From Camelus dromedarius (lineage: Eukaryota): 64,000 nt of DNA. The notes below the pieces were generated by a model that made no database searches, was not told the origin of the DNA, and saw nothing but the letters and a program-made list of their open reading frames with translations. The DNA is taken from the NCBI RefSeq assembly GCF_036321535.1, contig NC_087436.1, forward strand, positions 98,830,001 through 98,894,000, read 5' to 3'. The position numbers and the translations under genes were made by a program. The first letter of the stretch is position 1; each line of letters opens with the position of its first letter. This document shows, piece by piece, positions 37,890-52,159 of this stretch.

Positions 37890-38990
37890 TATTTTTCAGC
37901 AGCCATCATGAAAATGCTTTAACAATCAAGTAGGAATTCTTTTAAAACTAACCCCCAAAGTGGAAAATATCAGTAAAGAAATATAATTTAGAAAAAGAAC
38001 CACATGGAAATTACAGAACTAGAAAATGCTAGGGGCCTGTGTGACAGTTACAAAAGAGCTAACATTCATATCATTGGAAACACAGGAGGAAAAGAAAGAG
38101 CAGGGGGTCAAAAAAGTATTCAAAGAAATAATTGCTGAAAACTTCCCAAATTGGTTGGAAGCCATAAACCCACAAAAGAAATCCATACCAAGACACCTCA
38201 TAATTAAACTTCTGAAATCTAAAGAGAAAGAAAAGTCTGGAAGCATCCAGAAAGAAACAATGCATTACTTGCAGAGGAACACCAATTTAAATGACAGCAG
38301 ATTTCTCATCTGATACTGTGAAGGCCAGGAGGAAATGACTCAATAGTTTTCAAGTAAAAGAAGAGAACTGTCAGCCAGAAATCCTATTATCTAGTGAAAA
38401 TATTCTTTAGGAATGAAGGGAAGATAGAGCTATTGTCAGATGAAGTAAAAGAAGAGAATTGTTTCAGCAAAACTAACCTTAAGAATGGTTAAAAATTCTT
38501 TTAACCAACCATCTTTAAGAGTACTCTTTAAAAAAGAAAATAATAATAGAAGAATGCTTGAAATTTCAGAAAGAAAAAAAATATTATGAGTAAAAGTAGA
38601 AGTACATATAATAGACAGTTTTAATTCTCATGGATTTTATAAGCCATATTTGAAGGATGAAGCAACAATTATAACATTATCTGATGTGGTGCGCAATGAA
38701 TACAGACAAATTATTTAAGAACTACACTTTGAAAAGGGGGAGGGTAAAGGAGCCTAATGGACATTTCACCTGAACTGGCAAAGCTTCAATACCAGCTGAC
38801 AGTGATAAGTTACATATGCGTATTTTTAATACCTACAGTAACTACTAAGAAATTTATATAAAGCAATATACTAAAAAACACTATAAACAAATCAGGATGA
38901 AATCCTAAAAAAATGTCTAAATATCTGCAAAGAGAAACAGAGAATGAGCAACAGAGAAAAATCAGAAGAGAAATACTAAAAATAAAGGCT
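37890..38990 (+). mobile_element. Old L1M ORF1 and inter-ORF region
   Basis: KKVFKEIIAENFPNW...PRHLIIKLLK; a probable 5' UTR of the same element lies at ~37230-37560. Confidence 0.8.
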
Positions 38991-40880
38991 TCCCTTATAT
39001 CACAGGGCATCTCGTTTGAAGCTACTGTACACCGCATTTTTACAATTGAGAAATTTTCATGTTATTTTGAAATTCTCTATTTTACTCAAAGTTACTAAGC
39101 TTCTAGAAAACAGAAGCCAGTTTTTCATCTCTTTATTATAAATGTATGCCATGTAATGTCATTTGATTTATGTGTCTAGCAAAGTGGTGCTGCCAAAGGG
39201 TGGCTCTGGAGGTGGCTCTGGATGTGGGAAAATTTAGTCCTTTCACATCCGTATCATCCATCCATTCCCAAGCCAATTAAATTAATCTAAGTGAAAATGT
39301 TGTGCATGATATTCAAATATAACTTCAAGAGAATTCCCCTAGCTTCTCTCTTATTGCGAAGTGTTAGCTTCTCAGCGCTTCACACATAGAAATTCACATG
39401 TAGGAACTTTCCACATGTCAATAAGAATGTATTTTCTTCCTGTTTACCAGAATATTCTTTGGGGTGCTTTTTGTCTTACTATTTATTAGATGAAACAAAT
39501 ATATATATATTTCATCCAGTTAAAGATTTCTATGAGATTTACATTTCAAATGATAATTTTTATATTATCTGCTGAAAATTGGACATGCGTATAATGCATG
39601 AAGATTGTTAAGAATATTGCTTAGTTGTTTTTTTTTTTTTCACATTGTTAATCTATCGTAAATTTTAAGAGTTGTTCTCATGAATTTAATGAAGTGACTG
39701 TTATTTACTTATGGTGTTTTTCCTGAGTTTTCCATATAGGTGACTAGGTAAAATAAAAATGGACATGTTGAAGAGGAGAAAAAACATGGTAAATGAAGCA
39801 CATGTTTGCCTAGATTTAAGATCATTGTTGCTAATATGTGCATGTGTGCATGGTTTGTGTGTGTGTGTGTGTGTGTTGGTGACTGAAAAATGCTTTTTTA
39901 TATCTTTTATCAGATATTACTTAACATGAATAAGCATGATGTGTTGTTCTTTGTCATTATGTTCAAGACATTTATTTCTTTGTTTTTTTCATAGCATCAG
40001 TGTTTGATTTGTCTTTTCTTGGCCCAAATTTCTACATTTTATGTCTGTTTACTACAGATACATGACTTGAATCTGCATGAAATTCCTCTTAAGCTAACTT
40101 GACTATCATGATTCATTGCTTAAATATTTCAGATTAAAGTTTTTTTATCTTCTTAAAACACCTGCAAGTTACCTGTCCTCAAAGTCCCTAACTATTTGAG
40201 GTTAAAATAATTTTGCAAAATGAATAGTTAAAAGTAGAGACATTAAATATTTTATTGCATTAAAAAAAACATAAATCATATTTTATACAGTGTGGCTCCA
40301 TGTGGTATATAATTGTTAATAAAAAGTATCCAAAACTTGAGTATAAGGCCATTTCAATGTCATGCTGGGGCACTGTTTAACAGCACAAGTAAGAGAAGGT
40401 ACTTGTACTTGCCTTTGCAATTTACTGTGTTTATGAGAGCCCAGGCATTGTGACAAAAGACATAGCAAACCCAGTTGTGACAAAACTCTATCCATCCTGC
40501 CTCTTTTCTTTCTCATTCCTTAGATGCACCCAGCATGCTCTCACAAGTCAGGGACTTTGTACTTACTTCTCTCTTTCCCCAGATGTTCAAACTGCTCCTT
40601 CCCCTGCTTCTGTCAATCCTCTGGTCAAATGTCACCTCTTTACAGATGTCTTCAATCATTACCATATTAAAAACATAAATAAATTAACCATCAATATCTT
40701 TATCTGCATTCTTTATTTCACTTCATGCCACATATGAAATGTAATATATTTCTGTATGATATCTTCTCCAGTAAAGTATAAGCTCTTTGAGGTCAGAGAC
40801 TGCTTGATTCACCCAGGACATAACAAGAGCATCTGATAGGTTTTTGATAAATAAACTGGCCTATTGGCACTATGCCTTTT

Positions 40881-43800
40881 TTCCCCTTCAGTTTTATTGA
40901 GACATAATTGACATAAAGCACACTGTGTAAATTTAAGGTGTACAGTATAATGATTTGACTATCATACATCACGAAATAATTATCACAATAAGTTTAGTGA
41001 GCATGCATTGTCTCACACAGATACAGAATTAAAGAAATAGAGAAAATTTGTGTCTGTGTGTGAGGAGAACTCTTAGGATTTATTCTCTTAACAACTTACT
41101 TTCATATATAATATGCATCAGTGTTAATTACATTTGTCATGTTGTACATTACATACCTGGTACAAATTTATCCTATAACTGGAAGTTTGCACCTGTTAAC
41201 AGTCTTTATCAAATTCCTGCTCCCCGTAACCCCTGCTTCTGGTAACCACAAATCTGATCTTTTTTTCTATGAGTTTGTTTGTTTGTTTGTTTGTTTTCGA
41301 AATATGATTGACCTACACTATGTTAGTTCCCGTTACACAACACAGTGATTTGGTATTTCTAAACATTTTAAAATGATCACCATGATAGGTCTAATTATGA
41401 CATGGCACCATGCAAAGATATACATACTTATTGACTATATTACCCACACTGCATATTTCATACCCATGACTCCTTTGTTTTGCAACTGGAACTTTGTACC
41501 TCTTTCTCTCTCACATCGATATTTTCCTCCATATGCTCCCCTCTGGCAATCACCTGTTTATTCTCTGTATCTGTAACTGTTTCTGTTTTGTGACATTTAT
41601 TTATTTGTTTCATTTTGTAGATTCCGCATTTAAGTGAAATCATACAGTATTTCTGTCTGACTAATATCACTCAGCATAATACCCTCTAGGTCCATCTAGG
41701 TTGTCACAATGGCAAGATTTCATTTCTTTTATAGCTGAGTATATTCCACTGTATATATACCACATCTTCTTTATTAATTCATATATTGATGAGCACTTGG
41801 TTTGTTTCCATATCTTGGCTATTGCAAATGGTGCTGCAATGAACATAGGAATACAGATGTCTTTTCTGTAACTGTTTTTGTTTTCCTTGGATAGATACCC
41901 AGGAGTGGAATTGCTGGATCATATGGTAGTTCTAGTTTTAATTTTTTGAAGAATCTCCATACTGTTTTCCATAGTGAATATACAAGTTTACATTCCCACC
42001 AACAGTGCCAGAGGGTTCCCTTTTCTCTACATCCTCACCAACACTTGTTATTGTTGTCTTTTTGATAATAGCCATTCTGACAGGTGTGAGGTGATATTTC
42101 ATTGTCATTTGGATTTGCATTTCCGTGATGATTAGCAATGTTGATCATACTTTCATTTGCCATCTTTATGTCTTCTTTGGAAAAATGTCTATTTAGATCC
42201 TCTGCCCATTTTTTAATTGGGGTGTTTGTTTTTTTGATGTTGAGTTGTACGAATTCTTTGTATATTCTGAATATTAACCCCTTATCAGACCTGTCATTTG
42301 CAAATATCTTCTCCCATTCATCAGGTTTCCTTCTTATTTTGTTGATGGTTTCCCTCATTGTGCAAAAGCTTTTTAGTTTGTTGTAGTCCCATTCATTTAC
42401 CTTTGCTTTCATCTCCCTCTCTTGAGGAGACATACCCTCCCACCCAAAATCACTAAGATTAATATCAAAGGGAGTACTGCCTATGTTTTCCTCTAGAAGT
42501 TTTATGATTCCAGGTGTTACATTTAAGCCTTTAATCCATTTTGAATTTATCTTTGTGCATGGAGTGAGAGAGTAGTCCAGTTGGATTGTTTTGCATGTAG
42601 CTGTCCAGTTTTCCAACACCTCTTATTAAATAGGTTTCCCTATTGTATATTCTTGCCTTCTTTGTCATAGATTAGTCAAACATATAAGTGTGAATTCATT
42701 TCTGGGCTCTTTATTCTGTTCATTTGTCTATGTGTGTTTTTGTGCAAGTACCATACTGTTTTGATTACTGTAGCTTTGCAGTATAGTCTGAGGTCAGGGA
42801 GCATAATTTCTTCAGCTCTGTACTTCATTCTCAAGATTGCATGGGCTATTTAGGGTCTTTTGTGTTTCCATACAATTAAAATGATTTGTTCTAGTTCTTT
42901 GAAAAATGTCACTGGTATCTTGATAGGGACTGCATTGAATTTGTAGATTGTGTTAGGTAGTATGGTCATTTTAACAATATTAATTTTTCCAATTCATGAA
43001 CAAGGTATATCTTTCCATTTGTTTGTGTCATCTTCAATTTCTTTCATCTATGTCCTTTAGTTTTCCAAGTGCAGGTCTTTTGCCCCTTTAATTTTCTTTC
43101 CCTAGGTATTTTATTATTTTTGATGTGACTTTAAATGGGATTGTTTTTTAAATTTCTCTTCCTGAGAGTTCATTGTTAATGTATAGACATACAACAGATT
43201 TCTGTATATTAATTTTGTATCCTGTAATTTTATTGACTTCATTTATATCTCAAATTTTTTTTTGATGGTGTTGGAGGATTTTTTATATAGGTAACATGTC
43301 GTCTGCAAATAATGGCAGTTTTATTTACTCCTTTACAATTTGGATTCCTTTCATTTCTTTTCTTGTCTGATTGCTGTGGCTATGATTTCCAATACTATGC
43401 TGAATAAAAGTGAAGAAGTTGGGCATTCTTGTCTTGTTCTTAATCTTAGAGAAAATGTTTTCAGCTTTTCACCACTGAGTATGATGCTAGATCTGGACTT
43501 ATCATATCTGGCCCTTATTATGTTGTGATATGTTCCCTCTATGCCTACTTTATTGAGACTTTTTATCATAAATGGATGTTGAATTTTATCAAAAGTTTTT
43601 TCTGCATCTATTGTGATGATCATATGATTTTTAATTCTTCACTTTGTTAATGTGATGATTTATTTGCACATATTGAGCCATCCTTGTATCCCTGAGATAA
43701 ATTCCACTTGATCATGGTATATGATCCTTTTAAAGTATTGTTTAATGTAATTCAGCTTGCTAATATTTTGTTGAGTATTTTTGCACCTATGTTCATTAAT

Positions 43801-43943
43801 GATACTGGCCTGTAATTATCTTTTTTGTGATAGCTGTATCTGGTTTTGGATTTCAGAATGATGTTGGTCTTGTGGAATAAGTTCAGAAGCATTCTTTTCT
43901 CTGCAATTTTTCGGAATTGTTTGTGAAGGATAGGTGTTAACTC
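40881..43943 (-). mobile_element. 5'-truncated L1, ~3.06 kb (ORF2 RT to 3' UTR)
   Basis: Perfect 17-bp TSD ttggcactatgcctttt (40864-40880 and 43944-43960). ORF2 peptides [53 protein letters not shown]; the frame is disrupted. Confidence 0.97.
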
Positions 43944-45169
43944 TTGGCACTATGCCTTTTGTAGTTGCAAGAATGCAAATCATTTCCCAGTTCTCTCTTT
44001 TTTATCTCCCTGTTTTATCCTTTTATCTTTTCACAAGATTTGGTTAAACACTGTAACTAATGGGCCTTTCCAAAAATTTCTTCTGGTTAGATTTGATGCC
44101 ACTTTCTGTCTTTCTAAATTTCCCCTTTAATGTAATGCTTTCCACTGAATAATCTAAATATTGCTCTAGCCACACAATCAAATTACTGCAGTTTATGAAT
44201 GTGCCTGCTCAATGTTGAATAAATGTTGTGCTTATATATTATATATTTTTTAGTGTATGTATACATGCATTCTTCAGCTATGTACACCATGTGACAGGAT
44301 TTGTACATATGCAATTGTTAAAACTTTTTTTTTCCCTGCTACCTGTCTGGGCTAATGACTATGAATGAAGATAGAGTTCATGTTGTATCATCTTCTACAC
44401 AGAGGCCTCTTACTATAGCCTTCCAGGATGTACTCTGCATAAATGCAAGGGGCATTTTTCATCTACCTACGTACAAGACATATAAAATGGCTATGCTGAT
44501 GAAACTTCCTTGGTTCCTCCAATATTATTTTGATAACATTTCTTTTAATCTCATGGCTCTTAATCTAGACTGCATCATAAATTTACCCCCACAGTACAGA
44601 ACTATTTATCCATTTTCACTAATATAACATAAATAATATATAGTTATGGATTTGTTCTTTCATAAGTGATTTTATTGTTTAGCAAATGTACAGTAGTTTA
44701 AAAATTCTCATAAGATGAAAGAATAATGTGTACAAATTATTTTGACAAGAAAATATCTATTTTGAATTTATTTAAAAAATAAATAATACTCCTAGAAACA
44801 GAATATAATTCTGTTCTGTCTATACTTGGTTTGAATGTAAGCATATAAAAAACAAAAATCTCATTTTTGTACTTGAAGAATTTTTAACAATTTAAATACA
44901 ATTTCATTCTAAGTCCCCTAGCTTCTAAAAGTTTCTTTTCACATATTCACTGTGACAGTGATTTCTGTACTCCCACTCTTTTGTACATACTTTAGGGAAG
45001 TGGTATATTTCTCAGTAGTCTTGCGTCTATGTGTAGTCATGAGACTAGTTCAAGCTATTGTAACGTGAATGGACGTGATACCTCAGGCTTCCAGGCCAGG
45101 ACATTTTAAGAAACAGGGGTGTGCCTTCCACACTTTCTCCTTCTTCTCTTATAATCTGGTTCCATAGGA

Positions 45170-45585
45170 GACAGACATGTTTGCATATAGGTGGTTTAAT
45201 CTGGAAGATACTCAAGAACAATACTTGTAGGGAAGCGAAGGAAGCAGGATTGAAGAGAGAAGTTGGACATTTCTCTCTGCAATAGAGAATATGTCTTCAA
45301 TAGAGGCGAGGCCTCAGCCAATGTCACAGTGAGTTCAAGGCTGGAATAGCTTCTCAGCAATAGCAACACTTGAAGCAATGGAATGGATCTTTGTAAATTC
45401 CTCGTTGACTAGTTATTTGTTGTGGACAGTCTCTGAGGAAAAGAGCAACCCTGGGAATTACAGCTTCTCCAGCCAAGGGTAACTAAAGAGGCCCTCAGGT
45501 TTCTGCCCTCAAGAGCCACCATTACCATCAAGTAGAGAAATGAGTACTGAGTCCCAAGAGGGCAGCACACCACAGCATTCACTGT
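45170..45585 (-). mobile_element. LTR16-like ERVL LTR inside an MLT1 relic
   Basis: ggaagcaggattg..agaagttg..gcctcagccaat..ggctggaatagc. Confidence 0.55.
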
Positions 45586-45795
45586 ATTTCCTCCAAAAAG
45601 ATGCAGGTTGCAATGGGAAGCAAATGAATAGTGGAGTCATGACACAGAAGAAGCCAGAGAACCTGGATTACTTGTAAAGGGAAGCTCCCCAGAACATTCA
45701 CTTATGAGAAGAAAATAAAGTCTAATTGTCTAATATGTTCTAGCTACTCAAATCTCCAGAGTCTAATTGTTAATTTTATATATGTAATATCAGAT

Positions 45796-45796
<1 letters not shown>

Positions 45797-45837
<41 letters not shown>
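45797..45837. repeat. (CA)n(TA)n compound microsatellite
   Basis: Read directly from the sequence. Confidence 0.95.
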
Positions 45838-45842
<5 letters not shown>

Positions 45843-46689
45843 AAACAGAAAAATTTTGTCAATTGTGTTCAGGGTAATCCATTTCTAATGTAGTCCTTTC
45901 CCCCAACACTGCCTTTTAAGTTAAAGAAATGAAAGTACACAGAGCAATTATACAGATGGCATAATGTTTACCAGTGTTGCCAGGAAACTCCTGTGAGAGA
46001 CTGTATTTCAGAAGCATAATATCTGAAGTCATTGATTTAAAATTATTTACCCCTGAGGGTGCTTAAACTACACAGCATTCTCTGCCACAACTGTTTTCAT
46101 GTAAGGTATTAAAATCCAGTGACTCCCCATATGCATTCATTATGTGAGTAGTATCCACTTGCAGAAATAAATGTTTATTACTATACACAACTTTTGAAGT
46201 TTAAAACGTATAATTTAGTCTAAAAATTGCTCTAAGTCTCAAAGGGAAACAATATAGACAGGTATATATAAATGGTCCTTCTTAAGAAATATAATCCTCA
46301 ATTCTTATATTTAGTTGGAGCTCTAGAATAAAAACCTGTGACTAAAGGAACAATGTTCACTACATAAGTACAATTCAAATATCTGAGATAAATAATCACC
46401 TTGCTTGTGTTGCCAGATATAATTCTGAATATGCAGTGTTTCAGCATTCCAGGCCAAGTTAATCAAATGATTCAGGACTCTTTATCCAGTACACTCAAAT
46501 GTTTGGGGGGTACTAATATTTATGCCAAAACAGATTTTCTTTCTGAAGTAAATTATATGGTTTAGACGCCTAAAATATATCACACACTAGGAAATTTAGA
46601 GATTTAACTTAATTTTCCAAAACTAATTGAGCCCCATCTACAATATAGTCACAGGAAACAGTAAATACTGGTTAGCATTGGGATTAAAC

Positions 46690-46915
46690 ATGTTACTTTT
46701 GAAATAAAAGTGATTTTGAATTGGACTCCTTAATGCAACCCTTATTAGTTGTGTGTGACTGTGGATTAGTCACTGAGACTTAATTTTCTTATTAGTGAAA
46801 TGGACTAAATTATGTCTGTGCTTTGTTGGATTTGTAAAGATTAAATGATACACATGTAATGCTTTTATTACAGTGGATCATAGTGAGCAAGTGTTCAAAA
46901 TGTAATTGGTATTTT
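46690..46915 (+). mobile_element. MIR relic
   Basis: cttattagttgtgtgtgact...gtaaagattaaatgata...catagtgagcaagtgttcaa. Confidence 0.65.
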
Positions 46916-48445
46916 TACTGTTATTATAATAATTTAAGCACATATAAAAGCAAAGCTTCATTTGAGATAGCTGTTCAAAAAACAGCCTGTATTTCTTTGA
47001 CTTCACTGGTTTCCACAGTTTCATCATAGTGTAGGACACATTATCAAACATGAAGTAGCTAAACGATTCAATCATCTGGCCCCAAGGAATAGACAACTGT
47101 TGACACTGAAAAAAATTATAAGCGATTAGAAATTGTTGCCTCATTTGCATAATTCAAAAATAGCATTTCATTTGAAATGCATCTTAGTAATACTGTAAAA
47201 GCCAAGTGATTAAAGGTATCTGGTATTCATGAAAGGACAGACTAAAGGCTTGGTTTCCTAAAACATAAATATTCTGAGACCCAGACCTAAATATAAAAAT
47301 AGTTATATTAGTTGTATGCAGTTAAGGTGGGAAGTGGACAGACTATTTAATCATTCATTCTGGAAAAATTGTTTACTATTGGGAAGAAGGATGATTTTAA
47401 TTTCTACTTTACTTCCTAAATAATTGGAATTCCTTTAGCTCCTTGAATACTAAGTATTCCCTCTTGATGTTAAGTCTTTGAATAACTATTTCCCCTTGTT
47501 GGAGTGTTCCTCTAAATCCCTGCACTGAGTTAATTCTCACATATCCTTCAGATTTTAGCTTCTTTGTGGCTTCCATAGAAATAATTTCCCCGACCCCTCT
47601 TGAAAAGCTTAATCTATCCTTTATATCCTGGCCTAGAGCTTGACTCCTCTCTGTTGTAGCAAATGGCTGTAGGAATTTCCCATGTATTTTAGTGATCATG
47701 TGATTACTGTTTCTCCTTATTAAAGCATAAATTCACAAGGAATGACATCCTTTCTATTTTTACACATGATATTTTCCCTGGCCTCTAGCACAGTGCCTGG
47801 TATTTATTAGATTATCAAAAATATTTATGGAATAACAGATGAATGAATAAAACCTTAAGGATTAAAAAGGTATCACTAAGAAATTAGATGAAAATGATGA
47901 TTAAAAAGATAAATGTGTAATCACATTGAGAAAGTATATTTTAAAAGTATTTGTTCTTTAAATGGAGGGCTTTTGTACAATAAAAACAAAGTAAGAATCT
48001 ATTATAGGTAAATTCAGTTGATTTTCCAAACAATAAGTAAAAAGATTTTTAAAACCAAGATGAATGAAAAATCTAAATGTAAATAAAAACCTGGAAAAAT
48101 ATCTACAGCATACCATACAAAGGTTAATATAACTTACATAGAAAAAGTATTGATCAGTTCTTGAGGTAAGTAGAAACAAGTGACATGAATAAGCAATGCA
48201 CTAAAAAAGAAATACACAAGACCAATACATCCATGAAAACATAATATCATTGAATTTCTTCCTGTAAAAATGTCAGTAGAAAAATGCAATAGACAATATT
48301 GGTGAGTGTTTAGGAAAATGATATTCTGATACATTGCTGGTTGTGAATCACTGCTTACTTTCTCACAAACGAGTTGCCTCTATAAAAATTTAATAATGTA
48401 ATGATGTCATAATGATGAAAAATAATAATCTACACTTATTTGGCT

Positions 48446-48787
48446 TGTTAAGTTAAACAAGGAGGCCACTAGACTGAGGGGGCTCTAAGGCCCAGGTGGC
48501 CCATTTAAGCAAACTAAAACTGAAGCCAGCAAATGTTTCAAGGTTACCAAATTGAAGCCTGAGGACAGCCAATCGCAAACCTAAGGGCAGACAACGATGC
48601 TGTAAGCTATAGCCGATCAGTAATTTCCTTACCTTTCTTCTGCTCTTTTTGCTATACACGTCTCTCCCTGAGCTCCTGTCAGTGGAACACTCCTAACCAC
48701 TCCTGGTTTGGCACTGCCTGATTGGAATGGATAGATGTTCGAATAAAGTCTTAAATTCTTTAATATGCCTCGGTTGATCTTCTAACA
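48446..48787 (+). mobile_element. ERV1 solo LTR (MER57/MER93-group-like) inserted in an old L1M
   Basis: tgttaag...ccaat...aataaa...tctaaca; perfect TSD GGCT (48442-48445 and 48788-48791). Confidence 0.88.
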
Positions 48788-50552
48788 GGCTCTAACTATG
48801 AGGTATTTGTTTAAAAGAATCATACTACATACTGTATACTAGATCAGTAGGCTTTAAAATGTAAAAGGGGCATATCTGAAATCCAATCATTCAAGTCATA
48901 AATAATTACCCTTAAATGAATTATTAAAGATCTGTAAGAAGATTTATGAAAAAGAATCTTCACCCAAGAAGTATTTCAGACTGTTAAAATCGAACTGTTT
49001 TTGGTCTCTCTCTCTTACAGTCACCCAGGTTGTGAACAAGACTAAGGGCTTCACTTGATGTCCCAAATTCTGCTATTCTGTTCCTCCAGGACTACCCCAG
49101 TGCAGGTCATTCTCACGTTTGTGGGACGACAGTAATAACCTCCTGACTGGTTCCCCACAATTACTCCAGCCCCCTTCCCAGGTTCTTTGCACACAGCCAG
49201 CAGAGTGGTCTATTACGACGTAATTGTATTATTTCATCCCCTCCAGTAGCTTCCCATTTCACTTCAAGTCCAGCCTCCTAACCTCGGCCTTCACCTCCTC
49301 ATCTGACCAAGTAAGTGCCTGGTTACCTTCCTTTGCTCCAGTCACTCTCGTCTACTTATCTTTTCTTGATAATGGCAAGCATAGTCTCATCTCAGGGCTT
49401 TTGAATTTAATGTTTTTGCAGCTGAGAGTAAATTGGTCTCACTTGAGAGAGATAATTTCATTCAGGCCTCGGTCCAAATGTAGTACAGATGACTAAATTA
49501 CCTCCTCAAAGACTCTTTCCCTGCAATCCTTGGAAGCAGCCATTCACCCTTGATGATAACTTTATGTCCAAATAACCTTTCTTCACACACACACCCACAC
49601 ACACCCACACACACATACACCTGCCTTCTGCAATAAAACATAGGTTCAAATATAAGGGTAGGAAATTTATTTTGTTTGCTCCCTAATCCATCTCCTATGA
49701 ATTCCTGGTAGACAGTAAAAGTTCAAATATTTGCCAAATGAATGAATATATTAATGAATAAGGGAATGGTTACTTATACTAAGGTAAATGCATGTGATGG
49801 AGTGCAATGCAATCTTTATTAAAATGTTTGTTGGAAATGACCTGGGAAGAAAATCATTTTACAGAATATTTTCATCACATTTATAGAAAATTTTTATTTT
49901 CAACTTTCATGCTTTTTGTACTTTCCAATTTCCTAGTAAACATCTATTACTTTTGTAATAATATGTGTGTAATTCAGATTACTAAACTACTCTTAAAATA
50001 TTTGTCTCAACATTTATAACCAGAGTCTTACAGTACAAGGCAACTCAATACCTTGTTATTAGTCTACTGCAAAGATAGGATACTATCTTAGTGTCCTTTA
50101 AATAAAATAAAGCAAAAAATAGCTTATTCTTCTTCATATAATGTATCTTATTATTTATATTTTAATTGTGCTATTTTCCAATATTTCTTAATTTTGGAAT
50201 TGGACTCTATCCAGTTTTAGATTTGGATGAGAATCTGTAGTTTAGCACAAGGCTGTTGTTGTCTTGACTCTATTTAAGTAATAGCAGCAAAGGTAGACAA
50301 TAGTCAGAGTTACAGTGAACCAAAACAGATTCAGTGCAGTTTGGGAATAACACAGTTGTACAAAACTGGAGCCTTGTCATTGATTCTTTTTTCTTTTTTC
50401 AATTTACATAGGTTTTTCTATCTTAATTAAAAAACAATTACTTCTCTTTCCTTGTTTTCTTCACTCTATATTATAAAATTTAATACATTTAGCTTTCAAA
50501 ATCCGTACTTTATGTGAAATGGATGGTGAGGTAATATGTAATTAATCTAAGG

Positions 50553-50773
50553 CAGGGTTCTCAGCCTCAGCACTAGTGACGGTTTGAGTTAGACAGTTCT
50601 TTGTTCCTGGGGAGGCTTTCCCCTGCATGGTCGCAGCATCCTACACCTGGACTCAATCAGTGACAGAAGCAATAACCTCCCCCTGCTCCTGCCCAGATGT
50701 GACAAACAAAAACGTTCGCGGACATTGCCAAATGTTCCCTGGCGGCAAAATCGCTCCCAGTTGTGAATGACTG
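50553..50773 (-). mobile_element. MER20, full length
   Basis: cagggttctca...gacattgccaaatgt...ggcaaaatcgc...gaatgactg; 8-bp TSD atctaagg/atctaagt. Confidence 0.9.
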
Positions 50774-51716
50774 ATCTAAGTAGAGGGCAAACACAGTAAA
50801 TCTAGTCAAATCTATATTTCAGAAGAACTGAAATAACTGCTTGCTTATAAATATCTTATGTGTAATTTACAGTCATGTAAATTGAAAATATTAGCATGGA
50901 AGCATTTTACTGACTTTCCAGTGTTCATGGTTTATTCATTCATAATTCATATGTACATAGTCATGCTCATTCCACTTAAAATGGCCTTCGATTCATGGAA
51001 CAATGCATTTTGGTTTTATCATAAGGCTTTTCTTCAATTAGAAAAGATGTCTGAAACTTATGAGTCTCTCTTAGTGTCAATATATCCCATGAAACAGACA
51101 TTATTTTCTTTTCTTTCAAAATAAAGTTCCAATGAAATTCGAAATTTAATTATGCCGCACTCTGGTATCTGTGCAATTTATCATTTTGTTCGCTTGCGTT
51201 TTATTTAATTTAGTCTTACGGCCACAGATTGCAACCTGTACTCTGGCAAGAAATGAGTTCCAGTTTCTTGGAGGCATTTTTCTCCCCCTTATTTTGAGCC
51301 TGTCACATTCATTTGTATACCAAACACTTACTTAGGGTAGAGGATTTTGCTTCCTACGTTTTGGGCTAAGCTGATAAGGAATGAATATATTTTTTTGCCT
51401 GCTAGCTTGCTTTCAAGGAAGATTAAGAACATAGAAGACATGTTTAATGTATTTTAGCTGAACTCAGGGATTGAGTCAGCTCGATATATCTCCGATATAT
51501 CCCCTGTCTAAAGATCGCCTCCCTCCACAACAAGTGTTGATTCAGTCAAAGCAAGACCTCCCTCTGACCAGTCTGGAAACACTTGTGGAGAATGGGAGAA
51601 AACACTTAATGAGATGAGAAATATAATTGTAGAATTTTACTTCTGAAAGAGAATCCAAATGGTTTTACAGAATTCTACGTCACTTTTCAAATTTTAATGG
51701 AGGCTCAGAGAGATTA

Positions 51717-52159
51717 CAGGCACACCTCGTTTTACTGCTCTTCACAGATACTGCATTTTTAAAAGCAAACTGAAGGTCTGTGGTAATTTGCCTCAAGCAA
51801 GTCTATGGGTGTCACTTTTCCAATAGCTTTTGCTCACTTTGTGTCTCTGTATCACATTTTGTTAATTATCGAACTATTTCAAACTTTCCCCCTATTATTA
51901 TGTTTATTATGATGGTCTGTGATCAGTGATCTTTGATGTTACTATTGGAATTTTTTTGTTTTGTTTTGTGTTTTCTAATTAAGGGATGTCCCTTTTTTAG
52001 ACATAATAGTATTGCATACTTAATAGACTACAGTATAGTGTAAACATAACTTTTATATGCGCTGGGAAACCAAAAAGTTTTTGTGACTCACTTGATTGCA
52101 ATGTTCCCTTTACTGCAGTGGCCTGGAACTGAACCTGAAATATCTCCAAGGTCTGCCTG
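51717..52159 (+). mobile_element. Internally deleted Tigger1 derivative, inserted in a MIR
   Basis: TA|caggcacacctcgtttt ... atatctccaaggtctgcctg|CA; both Tigger1 ends are present with no transposase between them. Confidence 0.9.

Noticed and set aside
42035..42619. Longest ORF (194 aa) as a functional or domesticated gene
   Set aside because: It is an ordinary L1 ORF2 fragment that frameshifts near its end, within a truncated L1.
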